A stretch of DNA of 64,000 nt from a bacterium (GTDB lineage: Bacteria; Krumholzibacteriota; Krumholzibacteriia; G020349025): positions 1 through 64,000 of the forward strand of contig JANLSU010000120.1 of assembly GCA_031362565.1 (NCBI GenBank), in the 5' to 3' direction. Both the position numbers and the translations under genes were made by a program. Of this stretch, positions 1 through 10,200 are shown piece by piece (the stretch's first letter is position 1; each line of letters starts with the position of its first letter). The notes under the pieces are model-generated. The model saw only the letters and a program-made list of their open reading frames with translations. It did no database searches and was not told where the DNA came from.

Positions 1-142
1 CCTCGGCGCGCAGTTCGCCAAAGTACGTGAACCGGTGCTCCGGATTGCAGGTCGAGAGCAACCGCAGGAAGCCCGGGAAATCGCGTCTTTGGTTGAGAGT
101 CGGGTCGAGCAGGATCACCTCGCGCGCCCCGTGCTCGTGCGC
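1..142 (-). pseudogene. 5'-truncated duplicate of an internal part of the B12-binding radical SAM gene (runs off the window edge)
   Basis: Near-identical to 4424-4565; translates AHEHGAREVILLDPTLNQRRDFPGFLRLLSTCNPEHRFTYFGELRAE; similarity stops abruptly near 142. Confidence 0.85.
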
Positions 143-174
143 CGCAACGAGGATGCTGACGATATCGACAGGCG

Positions 175-390
175 ATGTTGCCACTCTTGCGGTTGCTCGA
201 GGGGAGCGAACAGCGGTCGATCAGCGAACTCACGCAACTGGTCGGCGGTGCTTTCCATTTCCCGACGGAAGAGTTTCAGCAGCGCCTCCCGAGCGGCCTG
301 AGAATGACCATCCGAATCCGTGTGGGATGGGCCCGTACCTACTTCAGGAAGGCGGGGCGCATTGAGCCCGTCTGGCCGCGGATCTTCTGA
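175..390 (+). pseudogene. mrr: Mrr restriction endonuclease N-terminal winged-helix fragment
   Basis: MLPLLRLL...LPSG...RVGWARTYFRKAG matches the Mrr_N signature; stops after 71 aa with no catalytic domain. Confidence 0.75.
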
Positions 391-611
391 AACAAGCCGG
401 CCCGTCTGCCCAACGGGGTTGCGACGCCTGGGTTTCGGGAGGCGCTTGCCACACTGAGGCGGCCTCGCCGCAGCTTTCCACCGGCCTGGATAGCAAGCAG
501 GGCCGCCTCCGGCGCACATTTCGGTTTGGCACAGCGAAGTAACGGGCGCGCCTCAGAGGCGCGCCTCTGCGGGACCGCTGCATGCCATCCCACAACGACG
601 CCTTCTTAATG

Positions 612-640
612 TTGCCAAGGCGCGAAAGGCGCGGTAGCTT
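612..640 (+). promoter_or_regulatory. Putative sigma70 promoter of the FG-GAP gene
   Basis: TTGCCA-N17-TAGCTT upstream of an AGGAGG RBS (674-679). Confidence 0.45.
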
Positions 641-685
641 CCTGCTCCGTCGGGATTGTATGTGTTCTCGACCAGGAGGTCGGCC

Positions 686-3268
686 ATGGCAATTGAATCA
701 TGTCGCCTCGGGAGCTGGCGCACGACAACCTGCACGATGACACTAGCTCTGCTTGCTTGCCCGGTTCCCAGCCGTGCTAGCGAGATTGCATTCAACGAAG
801 CACCGCGGTTCGCCGTCGGAGCTGCCCCCGTTGATATCGCCAGCGGCGAATTCACACACGGCGGTGGACCTGATCTGATAGTCGCGACGAGCGGCGTCAA
901 CGGAGTGACACTCCTCAGTTCGAGCAGTCCACGCGGCGATCAGTACGCTCGTTTCGACATCGGCGACGTCGGTGGACCCCCGGGATCGATTGCGGTTGGG
1001 GACTTTGACCGCGATGGATGGCTCGATTTCGTCGTGACAAGCATCGGCATCAATACTGTGTCCGTGATGCGAAACTTGCTTAGTGGTTCATCTTTCGGGC
1101 GCACTACATACTACGCCGGCCCCGGCGCCGCAAGGGTCAGGACCGCTGACCTCAACGGTGATGGCGCCCTCGACATCGTCGTCAAGAATTCGACGGCAAC
1201 CGTTTCCGTGCTGATGAACAACGGTGATGGGACTTTCGCCCATCGCGTGCCCTATGGCATCGGAGGCGTCGCGCAGGATCTCGTCGTCGAGAGGTTCCGT
1301 GGTGCGCCCTCCCCGGACCTGGCCGCTCTTACGCTCCCGACCTTGCCGTGCAATTGCTCCGGCGACTCTGTGCGAGTCGCACTGCTCCTGAACACGGGCA
1401 CGGGATCCTTTGGTCCGGCAGTCCAGTACGGCGTGGCGTCACCGGCCCAACTGAACGTCGGGTATGCGGTCGCGGCATTGGACTTCAACCTGGACTCCAA
1501 GCCTGATCTCGCCATTGCGACGGGGCGAGTTTTACAGCTTCTCGCGAATCAAGGCGCGGGTTCCTTCGCGACGTCCCTTCCGATTGTCCAAGTGCCCCTG
1601 CTGTCGAATTCCGGCGATCCTCGAGGGCTAGTGCGTGGGGATTTCGACCGCAATGGGCGGGCGGACCTTGCGGTGACGAATTCCCTCTCCAACGACGTGT
1701 CCTTCTTGACTGATCATTGGGACTTCGAAACCTTCGATCGCGCGGACTACGGTGCCGGTTGGAAGCCGGCAGCGCTCATCGCCGTGGATCTCAACGCCGA
1801 TGGTGTAGACGACATTGCCACAGCGGACAGCGGCGGCAACAGCGTCTCGGTGTTGCTCAGCCGGTTTGATCTGGCTCGAAGAGCAAGAGTTGACTTCCCC
1901 ACCCGTGGTGCCGGGCTTGCCCTCGGCGACATTAACGAGGACGGTCGCTCCGAAGTCGTGACCATCGCCAGTTTTCCATCTCTGATGAGCATCTTGGTGT
2001 ACGAGAACCTTGGCAATGGTGTTCTTTCATCCACCGAGCGTTCCTTTGCCACCAGCCTGCAGAACTACACAGCGCCTCTCGCATGTGCCGACTTGGACTC
2101 TGACGGTCACCTTGACGTTGTAGCGGTTGGTCAGACGCCGGCGGGCTATCCGATGGCGGTGTCGATTCTGTACGGCGTTGGGCCTCCCGCGCTCTTTAGC
2201 GGCGCAACTCTCAACGCTTCGGGGTCCGGAGACTACATACGCGACATGAAACTGGTAGACGCCGACCGGGATGGACGCTTGGACATACTTCTGGCAGGCG
2301 GATCCAACGTGTCGGTTCTGCACAACGAGACGCAGAGGACGTTCGTGCCGACAATTTATTCGCTCGGGGCGGCCGCGGCGACCCTTGTGGCCCTTGCCTC
2401 TGGAGATCTGGACGGAGATGGAGATTCCGACATCGCCACGACCAGTTCCTACTTTAATGGCCTGCCAGGTAAGATCTGTTTGCTGAGGCGCGAGTCAGGC
2501 GGTGGGTATGCGCAGACAGGTGTGATTCAGACCATCTCGGACCCAGGTTGCCTCTTGCTGGAGGATCTGAACGACGATGGTCTTGGCGATATTGCCGTCG
2601 CTAGGTGGATGTACTCTTCCCAGAATGGTGTGCTCGCCCTGCATTTTCATTTGTCGGACAATACGTTTTCAGCCGGACAGTTGCTACAGATCGGAGGCAC
2701 CGCTGGCGGTACCGTCGCTTGGCTCGGGCTCGAAGATATTGACCTCGATGGCATGCGTGATTTAGTCGTAGGGAAATCTAGCGGCGCTGTTGCCATCCTC
2801 CGGCAAACTGGCCCTGGTCAGTATGCTCAGCCAATCGAATTCTTTACTGCGGGAGGCTCGGGATACGCGGTCGGCGATGTTGACGGCGACCCGTTCCCGG
2901 ACATCGTCGCGGTGAATGGTGAAACTGCTTCGCTCTTGAGAAACCGTACGGGGATCTCGACCTCGGTCTCGGAACTCACTCCAGCGAGTGCCCGGACTTT
3001 GCTCCTCCAGAATGAACCGAATCCGTTCAACCCTACGACGAGGTTGCCTTTCGTTCTCTCACAGAAATCTCATGTGCGCCTCGGAGTGTACGACGTCCGG
3101 GGCCGACTTGTGCGAGTACTGGCGGATGATGTGCTTCCCTCTGGACTTCACGCCCTCCAGTGGCAAGGCAATTTCGACGCCGGAGTTGCCGCTCCGAGTG
3201 GCGTCTATTGGTACCGGCTGACCGTTGACGGCAAAGATCAGGCCAGGAAAATGGTGCTCATTCGTTGA
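686..3268 (+). CDS. Secreted FG-GAP/VCBS repeat protein with C-terminal FlgD-Ig-like domain
   Basis: Signal peptide; many GDxDxDGxxDxxV repeats; C-terminal QNEPNPFNP...W.G...SGVYWYRL...RKMVLIR; RBS before ATG 686. Confidence 0.9.
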   Translation: MAIESCRLGSWRTTTCTMTLALLACPVPSRASEIAFNEAPRFAVGAAPVDIASGEFTHGGGPDLIVATSGVNGVTLLSSSSPRGDQYARFDIGDVGGPPGSIAVGDFDRDGWLDFVVTSIGINTVSVMRNLLSGSSFGRTTYYAGPGAARVRTADLNGDGALDIVVKNSTATVSVLMNNGDGTFAHRVPYGIGGVAQDLVVERFRGAPSPDLAALTLPTLPCNCSGDSVRVALLLNTGTGSFGPAVQYGVASPAQLNVGYAVAALDFNLDSKPDLAIATGRVLQLLANQGAGSFATSLPIVQVPLLSNSGDPRGLVRGDFDRNGRADLAVTNSLSNDVSFLTDHWDFETFDRADYGAGWKPAALIAVDLNADGVDDIATADSGGNSVSVLLSRFDLARRARVDFPTRGAGLALGDINEDGRSEVVTIASFPSLMSILVYENLGNGVLSSTERSFATSLQNYTAPLACADLDSDGHLDVVAVGQTPAGYPMAVSILYGVGPPALFSGATLNASGSGDYIRDMKLVDADRDGRLDILLAGGSNVSVLHNETQRTFVPTIYSLGAAAATLVALASGDLDGDGDSDIATTSSYFNGLPGKICLLRRESGGGYAQTGVIQTISDPGCLLLEDLNDDGLGDIAVARWMYSSQNGVLALHFHLSDNTFSAGQLLQIGGTAGGTVAWLGLEDIDLDGMRDLVVGKSSGAVAILRQTGPGQYAQPIEFFTAGGSGYAVGDVDGDPFPDIVAVNGETASLLRNRTGISTSVSELTPASARTLLLQNEPNPFNPTTRLPFVLSQKSHVRLGVYDVRGRLVRVLADDVLPSGLHALQWQGNFDAGVAAPSGVYWYRLTVDGKDQARKMVLIR

Positions 3269-3449
3269 GATTGACTTGCCGCTCGTCCCACGGACCGAAG
3301 TTGTGCTCAAGCGCATGCTCCAACTTCCGCGACCGGCAATGGCCAGGCCCCGGTCTGGCGTTCGTCCGGCGATACGGTGCGCATGAGACAACGCAGCTGT
3401 TTGATTGTGAAAATGTACTGATCGTTGCCGGGGCGGCGCCGATTGGACC

Positions 3450-5348
3450 TCAGGCGAATTCCGCGTCCGTCCCCACAAACTCCTGTTCGCCAAGCGCATC
3501 CGGATCGACGCCGTCCCCGGTCCACAGGATCGCCGCGCACTCCGTGATCGCGTCGAGCCAGTCCTCGTCGACGTGCTCGCGCTCGCCCGCCGGGACGACG
3601 ACCACGACGCGCTTCGATCCCTTCGGAACGCCCGGCAGGACAGCGTAGAACCGGTCGAGATACGTGGGGTTCGCGTAGCAGGCGGCGAGCACGGCATCGA
3701 CGAGCTCCGGCGTCACGCAGGTGGGATCACCCGTTGGCTCGAGTACGACCTGTAGCGTCGTGTACGGATTGTCGGCGAGGATGGCGGCGACGAGACGTGT
3801 GCAGGTCTCTCGTGATGCGCCGAGGTCACGACCGCGGAAGCAGAGCATGAATGCCTGTGCGCGCTCGGACGGTACGGGCAACACCTGCGTTTCCGCATCC
3901 GGCTCCGCATCCAAATCCACCCGCCACATCGAAACCAACCCCTCCCCCACCACCGCCGGCACGAGCCCCGGCACCGGCAACGCATCAAACTCCGTATCGA
4001 ACGCCTCCTCCGCCTCGTCCATCAGCTGATACATGTCCTCGAGACGAATCGTCGGCGTTCGCAGCACGTAGTACGGCGGCCGCGCCTGATGCTCCAATCC
4101 AAGCGCCTTCGCCTCCTCGCGGAACGCCGTTCCGGGGAGGACCGCGAGATTGAACACCTGCACATCCGAGTAGAGCCCCGACGAGCGCACGTATTCGATG
4201 CCCGTTCGCACCGTGTCCGGCGTATCACCGGGGAGCCCCACGATGAGGTCGATCTTGACGCGGATACCGGCATCGAGGAGCGCCCGCACACCCTTCTCGA
4301 AGGCGCGCATGTTGTTGCGCCGGTCCATCAACTTCTGCGCCTCGGGGTCGGTGGACTGGAGCCCGATCTCGACTTCGGTGAAGTTGGCGTCGCGAAGCAG
4401 TTTCGCGATGTCGGTGTCGATGCCCTCGGCGCGCAGTTCGCCAAAGTACGTGAACCGGTGCTCCGGATTGCAGGTCGAGAGCAACCGCAGGAAGCCCGGG
4501 AAGTCTTTCCGCTGGTTGAGAGTCGGGTCGAGCAGGATCACCTCGCGCGCCCCACGCTCGTGCGCATGCCGCAGGTTGGCGATGATCTTCTCCTCCGACA
4601 AGAAGTAGAGATCGTCGTAGCTCTTCGGATAAAAGCAGAACTTGCACTTGAAGATGCAGCCGCGAATCGTCTCCAAGAGCAGCATCTGCTCATCCGCCGC
4701 ATCGAGAATGCCTTCCAGGTACGGCGACGAGATGGTGTCGAGCCGCGCGAGCGGGGTGCGGAAGGCGGGGGTGAGCGAGGTGTCGCTGCCGAGCGGGCTC
4801 ACGCTCGCGGTCGCGCCGGCGCCGGCACTCCCCTTCGCCAATCCCACCGTCCCGCGCGCCTGCGGCCCCACCCAAAGCCCCGGCACCGCGCGTCGCGGCA
4901 GCAAGTCCTCCTGCAGCGCCTCCAAGAGTTCCACGAACGTCTGCTCGCCCTCGCCCAAAGCCGCAAAGTCGACATGCGGCGACTCGAGCACCCAAGCATT
5001 GTCCTTCGTGATCTCAGGTCCCCCGACCAGCACCCGCACCCCAGGCCGCCGCGCCTTCATCTGCTCCGCCACCCAAAGCGAGCGCTCCACATTCCACAGG
5101 TAACACGTGAACCCGACCATCCACGGATCGCGCTCGAGAAGCGCCGCCACCAGCCCCTGGTCCCCCAACGTATTCGCGTCCCGCGCCGGCAAGATCTCGA
5201 TGTCATACGCCGCCTCCAACCCCCGCCCCCGCGCGAACATCTTCAAGTACCCCGCCGCCAGCGGCACATTCCCCCGCGCCGGCGCCATCCCGGGCTGCGG
5301 GATCGGGAGCTGGACTAGGACGACTTTGCGGCGGGGGGTGGGCGGCAC
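3450..5348 (-). CDS. B12-binding domain radical SAM protein (class B-like)
   Basis: N-terminal cobalamin-binding motifs (PLAAGYL, GFTCYLWN, VGGPE, GEGE); RGCIFKCKFC CxxxCxxC motif; EIGLQS and IVGLPGDT motifs. Confidence 0.9.
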   Translation of the reverse strand: MPPTPRRKVVLVQLPIPQPGMAPARGNVPLAAGYLKMFARGRGLEAAYDIEILPARDANTLGDQGLVAALLERDPWMVGFTCYLWNVERSLWVAEQMKARRPGVRVLVGGPEITKDNAWVLESPHVDFAALGEGEQTFVELLEALQEDLLPRRAVPGLWVGPQARGTVGLAKGSAGAGATASVSPLGSDTSLTPAFRTPLARLDTISSPYLEGILDAADEQMLLLETIRGCIFKCKFCFYPKSYDDLYFLSEEKIIANLRHAHERGAREVILLDPTLNQRKDFPGFLRLLSTCNPEHRFTYFGELRAEGIDTDIAKLLRDANFTEVEIGLQSTDPEAQKLMDRRNNMRAFEKGVRALLDAGIRVKIDLIVGLPGDTPDTVRTGIEYVRSSGLYSDVQVFNLAVLPGTAFREEAKALGLEHQARPPYYVLRTPTIRLEDMYQLMDEAEEAFDTEFDALPVPGLVPAVVGEGLVSMWRVDLDAEPDAETQVLPVPSERAQAFMLCFRGRDLGASRETCTRLVAAILADNPYTTLQVVLEPTGDPTCVTPELVDAVLAACYANPTYLDRFYAVLPGVPKGSKRVVVVVPAGEREHVDEDWLDAITECAAILWTGDGVDPDALGEQEFVGTDAEFA

Positions 5349-5517
5349 GGTGGCTCCAAATCAAGGTTCCAGGGCGGGCCCCCCCAGCGGGGGCGGCGCG
5401 GGTGCAGCGCTGGCACGGACACTGGCCAGATCCAGGGTCGCAGTATACGGGTCCCGGGGGTGCGGCGGGCTCGGCGGCCGTGCCACCGATCGTGAAACGC
5501 CAGCCCCCCGCGAGGTG

Positions 5518-7950
5518 CTACTTCACCAGGACGAGCTTGTGCGTCGCGCTGGTCGCCCCCTGGGTTACTCGCACGAAGTAGATTCCGGCCGGCACCGTCG
5601 CGCCCCGCTGGTCACGGCCCTCCCACGCCAAGGAGACTGGGCCGGGTCGCGTCACGTCGCGAATCACTGTCCGTACGAGCGCACCGGACGCCGTGAGGAT
5701 GTCGAAGCGCGCGGGACCGCGGCCAGTCGCGGCAAACTGGAGGCGCACACTCGGGTTGAACGGATTCGGCCACGCGGTCAGCATTGAAGTTCGTGCGACG
5801 GGACTGTCCGCAGCTGTATCCGTCGGTACGCCGGTCCGGTTGCGATAGAACGCCGCAGGACTGCTCAGAACCAGAACGTCGGACCGACCGTCACCGTCAA
5901 AATCACCGAGGGCAAGAGAGGACCCAAACGGTGCCGGAAACAAGGTCGGCGTAAATGTTCGGTTTCCCTCGTTTCTCAGCACGGACATGGTCGACATCCC
6001 AATCGTGACGATCTCTGGTCGATCGTCACCATCCAGGTCCGCCAACGCCACCGCGTTGGCCTGAGCTAGCGTCGCGACTGCTTGGGCATCGAAACCGAGT
6101 GAGTTCCCATAGAATACTTGGATGCCCTGATTCGCCGGAGCTGTCCACGTCACAATTGCGTCTGCGTATCCGTCTCCGTCCAAGTCGGCGGTCTTGCAGT
6201 CGGTCATATCGCTCGCCGTGGCACGGTGATCCATAAGGGACCAACCACCGGCTTGGCACTTCAAGACTTCGATCACTTGTCCGGCCGCCATCACCAGGTC
6301 ACTCCGACCATCTCCGTCGACGTCCGCAGCAGACATACAAAGCAGAACTGACCCGCCCGAATTGATGGAGGACGCTAGCGCGAAGAGGTGGCCTCCCAAG
6401 CCTCTGAATAACGCCAATCGCGCACTCGAGGGCAAATCCAATGACGACACTGCGATATCGAGAATGCCATCCCCGTCATAGTCACCGACAGCAACGGCAC
6501 GTGCGGCGCCGAATGCTGGCACTGTCAACTCGACCGTTGGGTCAAACTGATTGTTACCGTGTCCGTATGAAATCGCGACGCGCACAAGGCCATCCTGCAC
6601 CTCCGGCGTCACGACGTCCGGATGACCGTCGCGATCCAAGTCGGCCACCGCAGACGCGGGTCGTGCACTGCTGCCTCCCGACCCAGAGAAAAACTGCGTC
6701 GCGACAAACAAGGCGTCGCCCAGATTGCGGTACAGGACACCGCTCGAGGCAAGGTCCGCCCGCCCGTCCGAGCCAAAGTCGGCAACAAGCTGGTCATAGC
6801 CGTCGTTGCCCGCATCCCTACGAGCAGAGAACTTCCCATTCCCGAGGTTTCTGAGGAACGAGATCGTGTGATCGGACCGATCGGCCGTGACGATGTCCGG
6901 GAATCCGTCAAGGTTGAAGTCAGCGACAGCTAGAGCGCCCGGGGCGCGACCACAGCCCCAACGGACGAAGTCAAACGACTCTGTCTCCCACGCGTTGTGG
7001 CCAACGCAAGTGCGGGCGTTGTCGTCGACGATCACGATGTCGGAACGACCGTCTTGGTCCATGTCCACGACGGCGAGACAATGGGTACTCGGCGCAGTGC
7101 CTGGACCGATCCTAGAAGGCGTAAAGGGACTACCGAAGTTGTTGTCGCCTTGATTGGCGTACATCCAACATCCGGAATCGGCAGCGACTACATCGGGGAG
7201 GCCATCCAGCGTGACATCAGCGTAAATCGGTGACCCCGTGACCTGCGCCCCCGGCGGGGCGGGAAACCACGTGAAGGGTGCCGGAGCCTGTTGCCCTAGG
7301 TCGTAGAATACTTCGATGCCGGTTCCCGCCGTCACTATGACCTCCGGATAGAACCCCGATGGGGCGATGCAAAGGTCGCTCGCGGGGTAGGGCCCCGTAG
7401 ACGAGGCCACGCGCGGCGCGAAGACCCCGCCACCCTGACCAAGGAGCATGGACACCGCTGGTGTAGCGGACTGATTGAGAACAACGAGATCGAGGCGCGC
7501 GTCGCGATTCATGTCCCCCACGCGCGCCACGATGGCTCCCGCCCCAGCAAAGACCGAGAGGCGCGCGAACGAGTTACCACCACCAAGGTTCTTCATGATG
7601 GACACGTTTGCCGACCCGTTGGCCAGAACGATGTCGTTGAGACCGTCGTTGTCGACATCGACAATCTCGATCGACCGGGCGGACCCGCCGATATCGCCGA
7701 TTTCGCTCCGAATGGCCCCCTGCCCGTTCGCAATGCCGATGTTCCACCACACGCTGAGTGAATTAAGGCCTGAGTTGGCAACAACCACTTCCGGAAGCCC
7801 GTCATTGTTGAGATCTCCGGCCGCCAGCGTGGTAGGCGCCGCGACACACGGGAACGACGGGGCCAGCTCAAATCGGATCTCGGCGCCCACCGGGGCGGCG
7901 ATCATCGGCAGCAGAGCAAGGATGCAGCGTGTGATTCGTAGCTTCCACAT
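5518..7950 (-). CDS. Secreted FG-GAP/VCBS repeat protein with C-terminal FlgD-Ig-like domain (paralog of 686-3268)
   Basis: GAGGAG RBS before ATG 7950; signal peptide; FG-GAP repeats; WPNPFNP...AGIYFVRV...KLVLVK. Confidence 0.9.
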   Translation of the reverse strand: MWKLRITRCILALLPMIAAPVGAEIRFELAPSFPCVAAPTTLAAGDLNNDGLPEVVVANSGLNSLSVWWNIGIANGQGAIRSEIGDIGGSARSIEIVDVDNDGLNDIVLANGSANVSIMKNLGGGNSFARLSVFAGAGAIVARVGDMNRDARLDLVVLNQSATPAVSMLLGQGGGVFAPRVASSTGPYPASDLCIAPSGFYPEVIVTAGTGIEVFYDLGQQAPAPFTWFPAPPGAQVTGSPIYADVTLDGLPDVVAADSGCWMYANQGDNNFGSPFTPSRIGPGTAPSTHCLAVVDMDQDGRSDIVIVDDNARTCVGHNAWETESFDFVRWGCGRAPGALAVADFNLDGFPDIVTADRSDHTISFLRNLGNGKFSARRDAGNDGYDQLVADFGSDGRADLASSGVLYRNLGDALFVATQFFSGSGGSSARPASAVADLDRDGHPDVVTPEVQDGLVRVAISYGHGNNQFDPTVELTVPAFGAARAVAVGDYDGDGILDIAVSSLDLPSSARLALFRGLGGHLFALASSINSGGSVLLCMSAADVDGDGRSDLVMAAGQVIEVLKCQAGGWSLMDHRATASDMTDCKTADLDGDGYADAIVTWTAPANQGIQVFYGNSLGFDAQAVATLAQANAVALADLDGDDRPEIVTIGMSTMSVLRNEGNRTFTPTLFPAPFGSSLALGDFDGDGRSDVLVLSSPAAFYRNRTGVPTDTAADSPVARTSMLTAWPNPFNPSVRLQFAATGRGPARFDILTASGALVRTVIRDVTRPGPVSLAWEGRDQRGATVPAGIYFVRVTQGATSATHKLVLVK

Positions 7951-8275
7951 ATTGCTCCTCCATGTGCGTTGGACGGCAACCGTTACCTTGAGAGTCCCGG
8001 TTTGGCGAGCGTTCCCGCCGCAAGGCGCGATCGCCGAAGGAGCGTTGCGCCGCATGCCTGCAAGAGGCCACATTCTAGCCTGAGGATCACCAACCCGGCT
8101 ACTGGTTGTACCCGTGCCCGGCGGCTCGCCCGATGATCACGGCGCGCCAACGGCGTCGACAGAAGGGCGTTCACAGTCGCGACAAAGGTGGGCCACCTCT
8201 CGACAACAAGTCCGGGAGTTTGGCTCGCGCGTCAGGTATTGCGGCGGCGGCGAGCTTCCTGCATAGGATTGACCC

Positions 8276-9202
8276 ATGGCACACCGCAAAGCAAAGGAAC
8301 AACCTCAGCCCCACCGTTTCGGTGGCGAGTGGACGGTCGAAAAGCTGCGTGTGATCGAGAAGTACTTGGCAGCGTATACGACGGCGCTCAAGAACAAGCC
8401 CTCGACAGAGCACCCGTTCATCAAGGGATACATCGACGCCTTCGCCGGTACTGGCTACCGTCACGCGCGCCAGGCCGGCGACACCGCCGATCAGCGCGGA
8501 CTCATGTTCCCCGACCTCGCCGCGCAAGAATCGCAGCGTCTCCTGGACGGCTCAGCTCGAATCGCGCTCAAGGTGACGCCGCGCTTTGACCGCTACGTGT
8601 TCATCGAGCGAAGCCCGGAGCGCTGTACACAGTTGGAGGCCCTCAGGGTCGAGTTTCCGGATCTAGCGGGAGACATCCGGATCTACCAAGGCGATGCGAA
8701 CACCGAGATCCGGCACCTCTGCGGAAAGAACTGGAGATCACACCGCGCCGTGCTTTTCCTCGACCCCTATGGAATGCAGGTGGACTGGAAAACGATCGAG
8801 GCGGTCGCCGCAACAAAGGCGATTGACTTGTGGTTGCTATTCCCGCTTGGTATCGGCGTGAACCGTCTCTTAACACGATCGGGCGATATTCCGGCGTCCT
8901 GGCGGTCAAGGCTCAACAGCCTCCTTGGAACCGAGGACTGGTACGACCAGCTCTATCGCGTCGAAAAAACAGCGACCTTGTTCGGTGACGCCGATCGGGT
9001 AGTGAAAGCGACCACTAAAACGATCGGCCGGTATTTTGTCGAGCGTCTCAGGTCGATTTTCCCTGCGGTGGCCGACGAACCCCGCGTGCTGCGCAACGCC
9101 TCGAACTCTCCGCTATACTTGCTTTGCTTCGCCGTTGGGAACGAGAATGGTGCGCCAACCGCAATGCGCATTGCGAACCACTTGCTGAAGGCGGTGCAGT
9201 GA
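8276..9202 (+). CDS. tcmP: Three-Cys-motif partner protein (SAM-dependent methyltransferase-like fold)
   Basis: [39 protein letters not shown] motifs; TGATG coupling to a DUF5131 gene. Confidence 0.85.
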   Translation: MAHRKAKEQPQPHRFGGEWTVEKLRVIEKYLAAYTTALKNKPSTEHPFIKGYIDAFAGTGYRHARQAGDTADQRGLMFPDLAAQESQRLLDGSARIALKVTPRFDRYVFIERSPERCTQLEALRVEFPDLAGDIRIYQGDANTEIRHLCGKNWRSHRAVLFLDPYGMQVDWKTIEAVAATKAIDLWLLFPLGIGVNRLLTRSGDIPASWRSRLNSLLGTEDWYDQLYRVEKTATLFGDADRVVKATTKTIGRYFVERLRSIFPAVADEPRVLRNASNSPLYLLCFAVGNENGAPTAMRIANHLLKAVQ

Positions 9203-9969
9203 TGGCACTCGGCTCGGGTATCGAGTGGACGGAGGCGACCTGGAACCCCGTGACGGGCTGCACGAAGATCAGCCCTGGGTGCAAATTCTGCTACGCGGAA
9301 CGAATGTCCGAGCGCTTACACGCGATGGGCCAGGCCAACTATCGGAACGGCTTCGAGCTCACTCTCCACCCGCACATGCTCGAACTTCCGCTGCGTTGGA
9401 AGAAACCGCAGACGATCTTTGTCAATTCCATGAGCGATCTGTTCCACCTCGACGTGCCGTTCGAGTACATCGAGCGGGTCTTCGAAGTGATGAACCGGGC
9501 ACACTGGCACCGGTTCCAGGTCCTTACCAAACGGTCCGAGCGACTCGCGGAGTTGAGCAGCCGTCTCGCGTGGGCGCCAAATATCTGGATGGGCGTAAGC
9601 GTCGAGAGCAACGCCTATCGCCAACGTATCGATCACCTTCGTGGAACGAACGCGACAACCAAGTTCCTGTCGCTGGAGCCGTTGCTCGGCCCGCTCGAGG
9701 ATCTCGATGTTCATGGCATCGACTGGGTGATCGTGGGCGGCGAATCCGGCCCCGGCGCGCGCCCCATGGATGCCGCCTGGGTGCGCAGCCTGCGCGACCA
9801 GTGTCGAGCCTCCAGTGTCCCCTTCTTCTTCAAGCAGTGGGGCGGCACGAACAAGAAGCAGGCGGGGCGTTTGCTCGACGGCAAGACGTGGGACGAAATG
9901 CCGGCGACCATGGTCGGTCGCGGATCGGTCATCGGATCGGCGCGAGCGGCCACAGCGGGCAGGACTTAG
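9202..9969 (+). CDS. Phage Gp37/Gp68 family (DUF5131) radical-SAM-like protein
   Basis: [26 protein letters not shown] (Cx6CxxC), [33 protein letters not shown]. Confidence 0.92.
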   Translation: MALGSGIEWTEATWNPVTGCTKISPGCKFCYAERMSERLHAMGQANYRNGFELTLHPHMLELPLRWKKPQTIFVNSMSDLFHLDVPFEYIERVFEVMNRAHWHRFQVLTKRSERLAELSSRLAWAPNIWMGVSVESNAYRQRIDHLRGTNATTKFLSLEPLLGPLEDLDVHGIDWVIVGGESGPGARPMDAAWVRSLRDQCRASSVPFFFKQWGGTNKKQAGRLLDGKTWDEMPATMVGRGSVIGSARAATAGRT

Positions 9970-10115
9970 GTGGCCCCGCGCGCAGCCGCTCAGCCACCCG
10001 GGGAGTATCCGACTAATCAGACGCGCGGAATCGGGTATTACCGGGGATAATCGGGTACGCGTTCGCGGAGTTCCCGTCGGATGCCAAGGGGCCGGGCAGC
10101 CGAGGCCCGGCATCC

Positions 10116-10186
10116 GTTGACAAAAAATACTTTTATTATTAATATATCAACGTGTAGTTTCTATGATATTTCCATTTTAGGTCAAC
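10116..10186 (+). promoter_or_regulatory. AT-rich promoter/operator of the XRE regulator
   Basis: TTGACA(10117)-N17-TAATAT; AT-rich tract bracketed by inverted GTTGAC...GTCAAC. Confidence 0.7.
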
Positions 10187-10200
10187 ATAAGGCCCATCAG

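Noticed and set aside
1..142. Diversity-generating retroelement template/variable repeat pair with 4424-4565
   Set aside because: Differences are not adenine-specific and no reverse transcriptase is present in the window.
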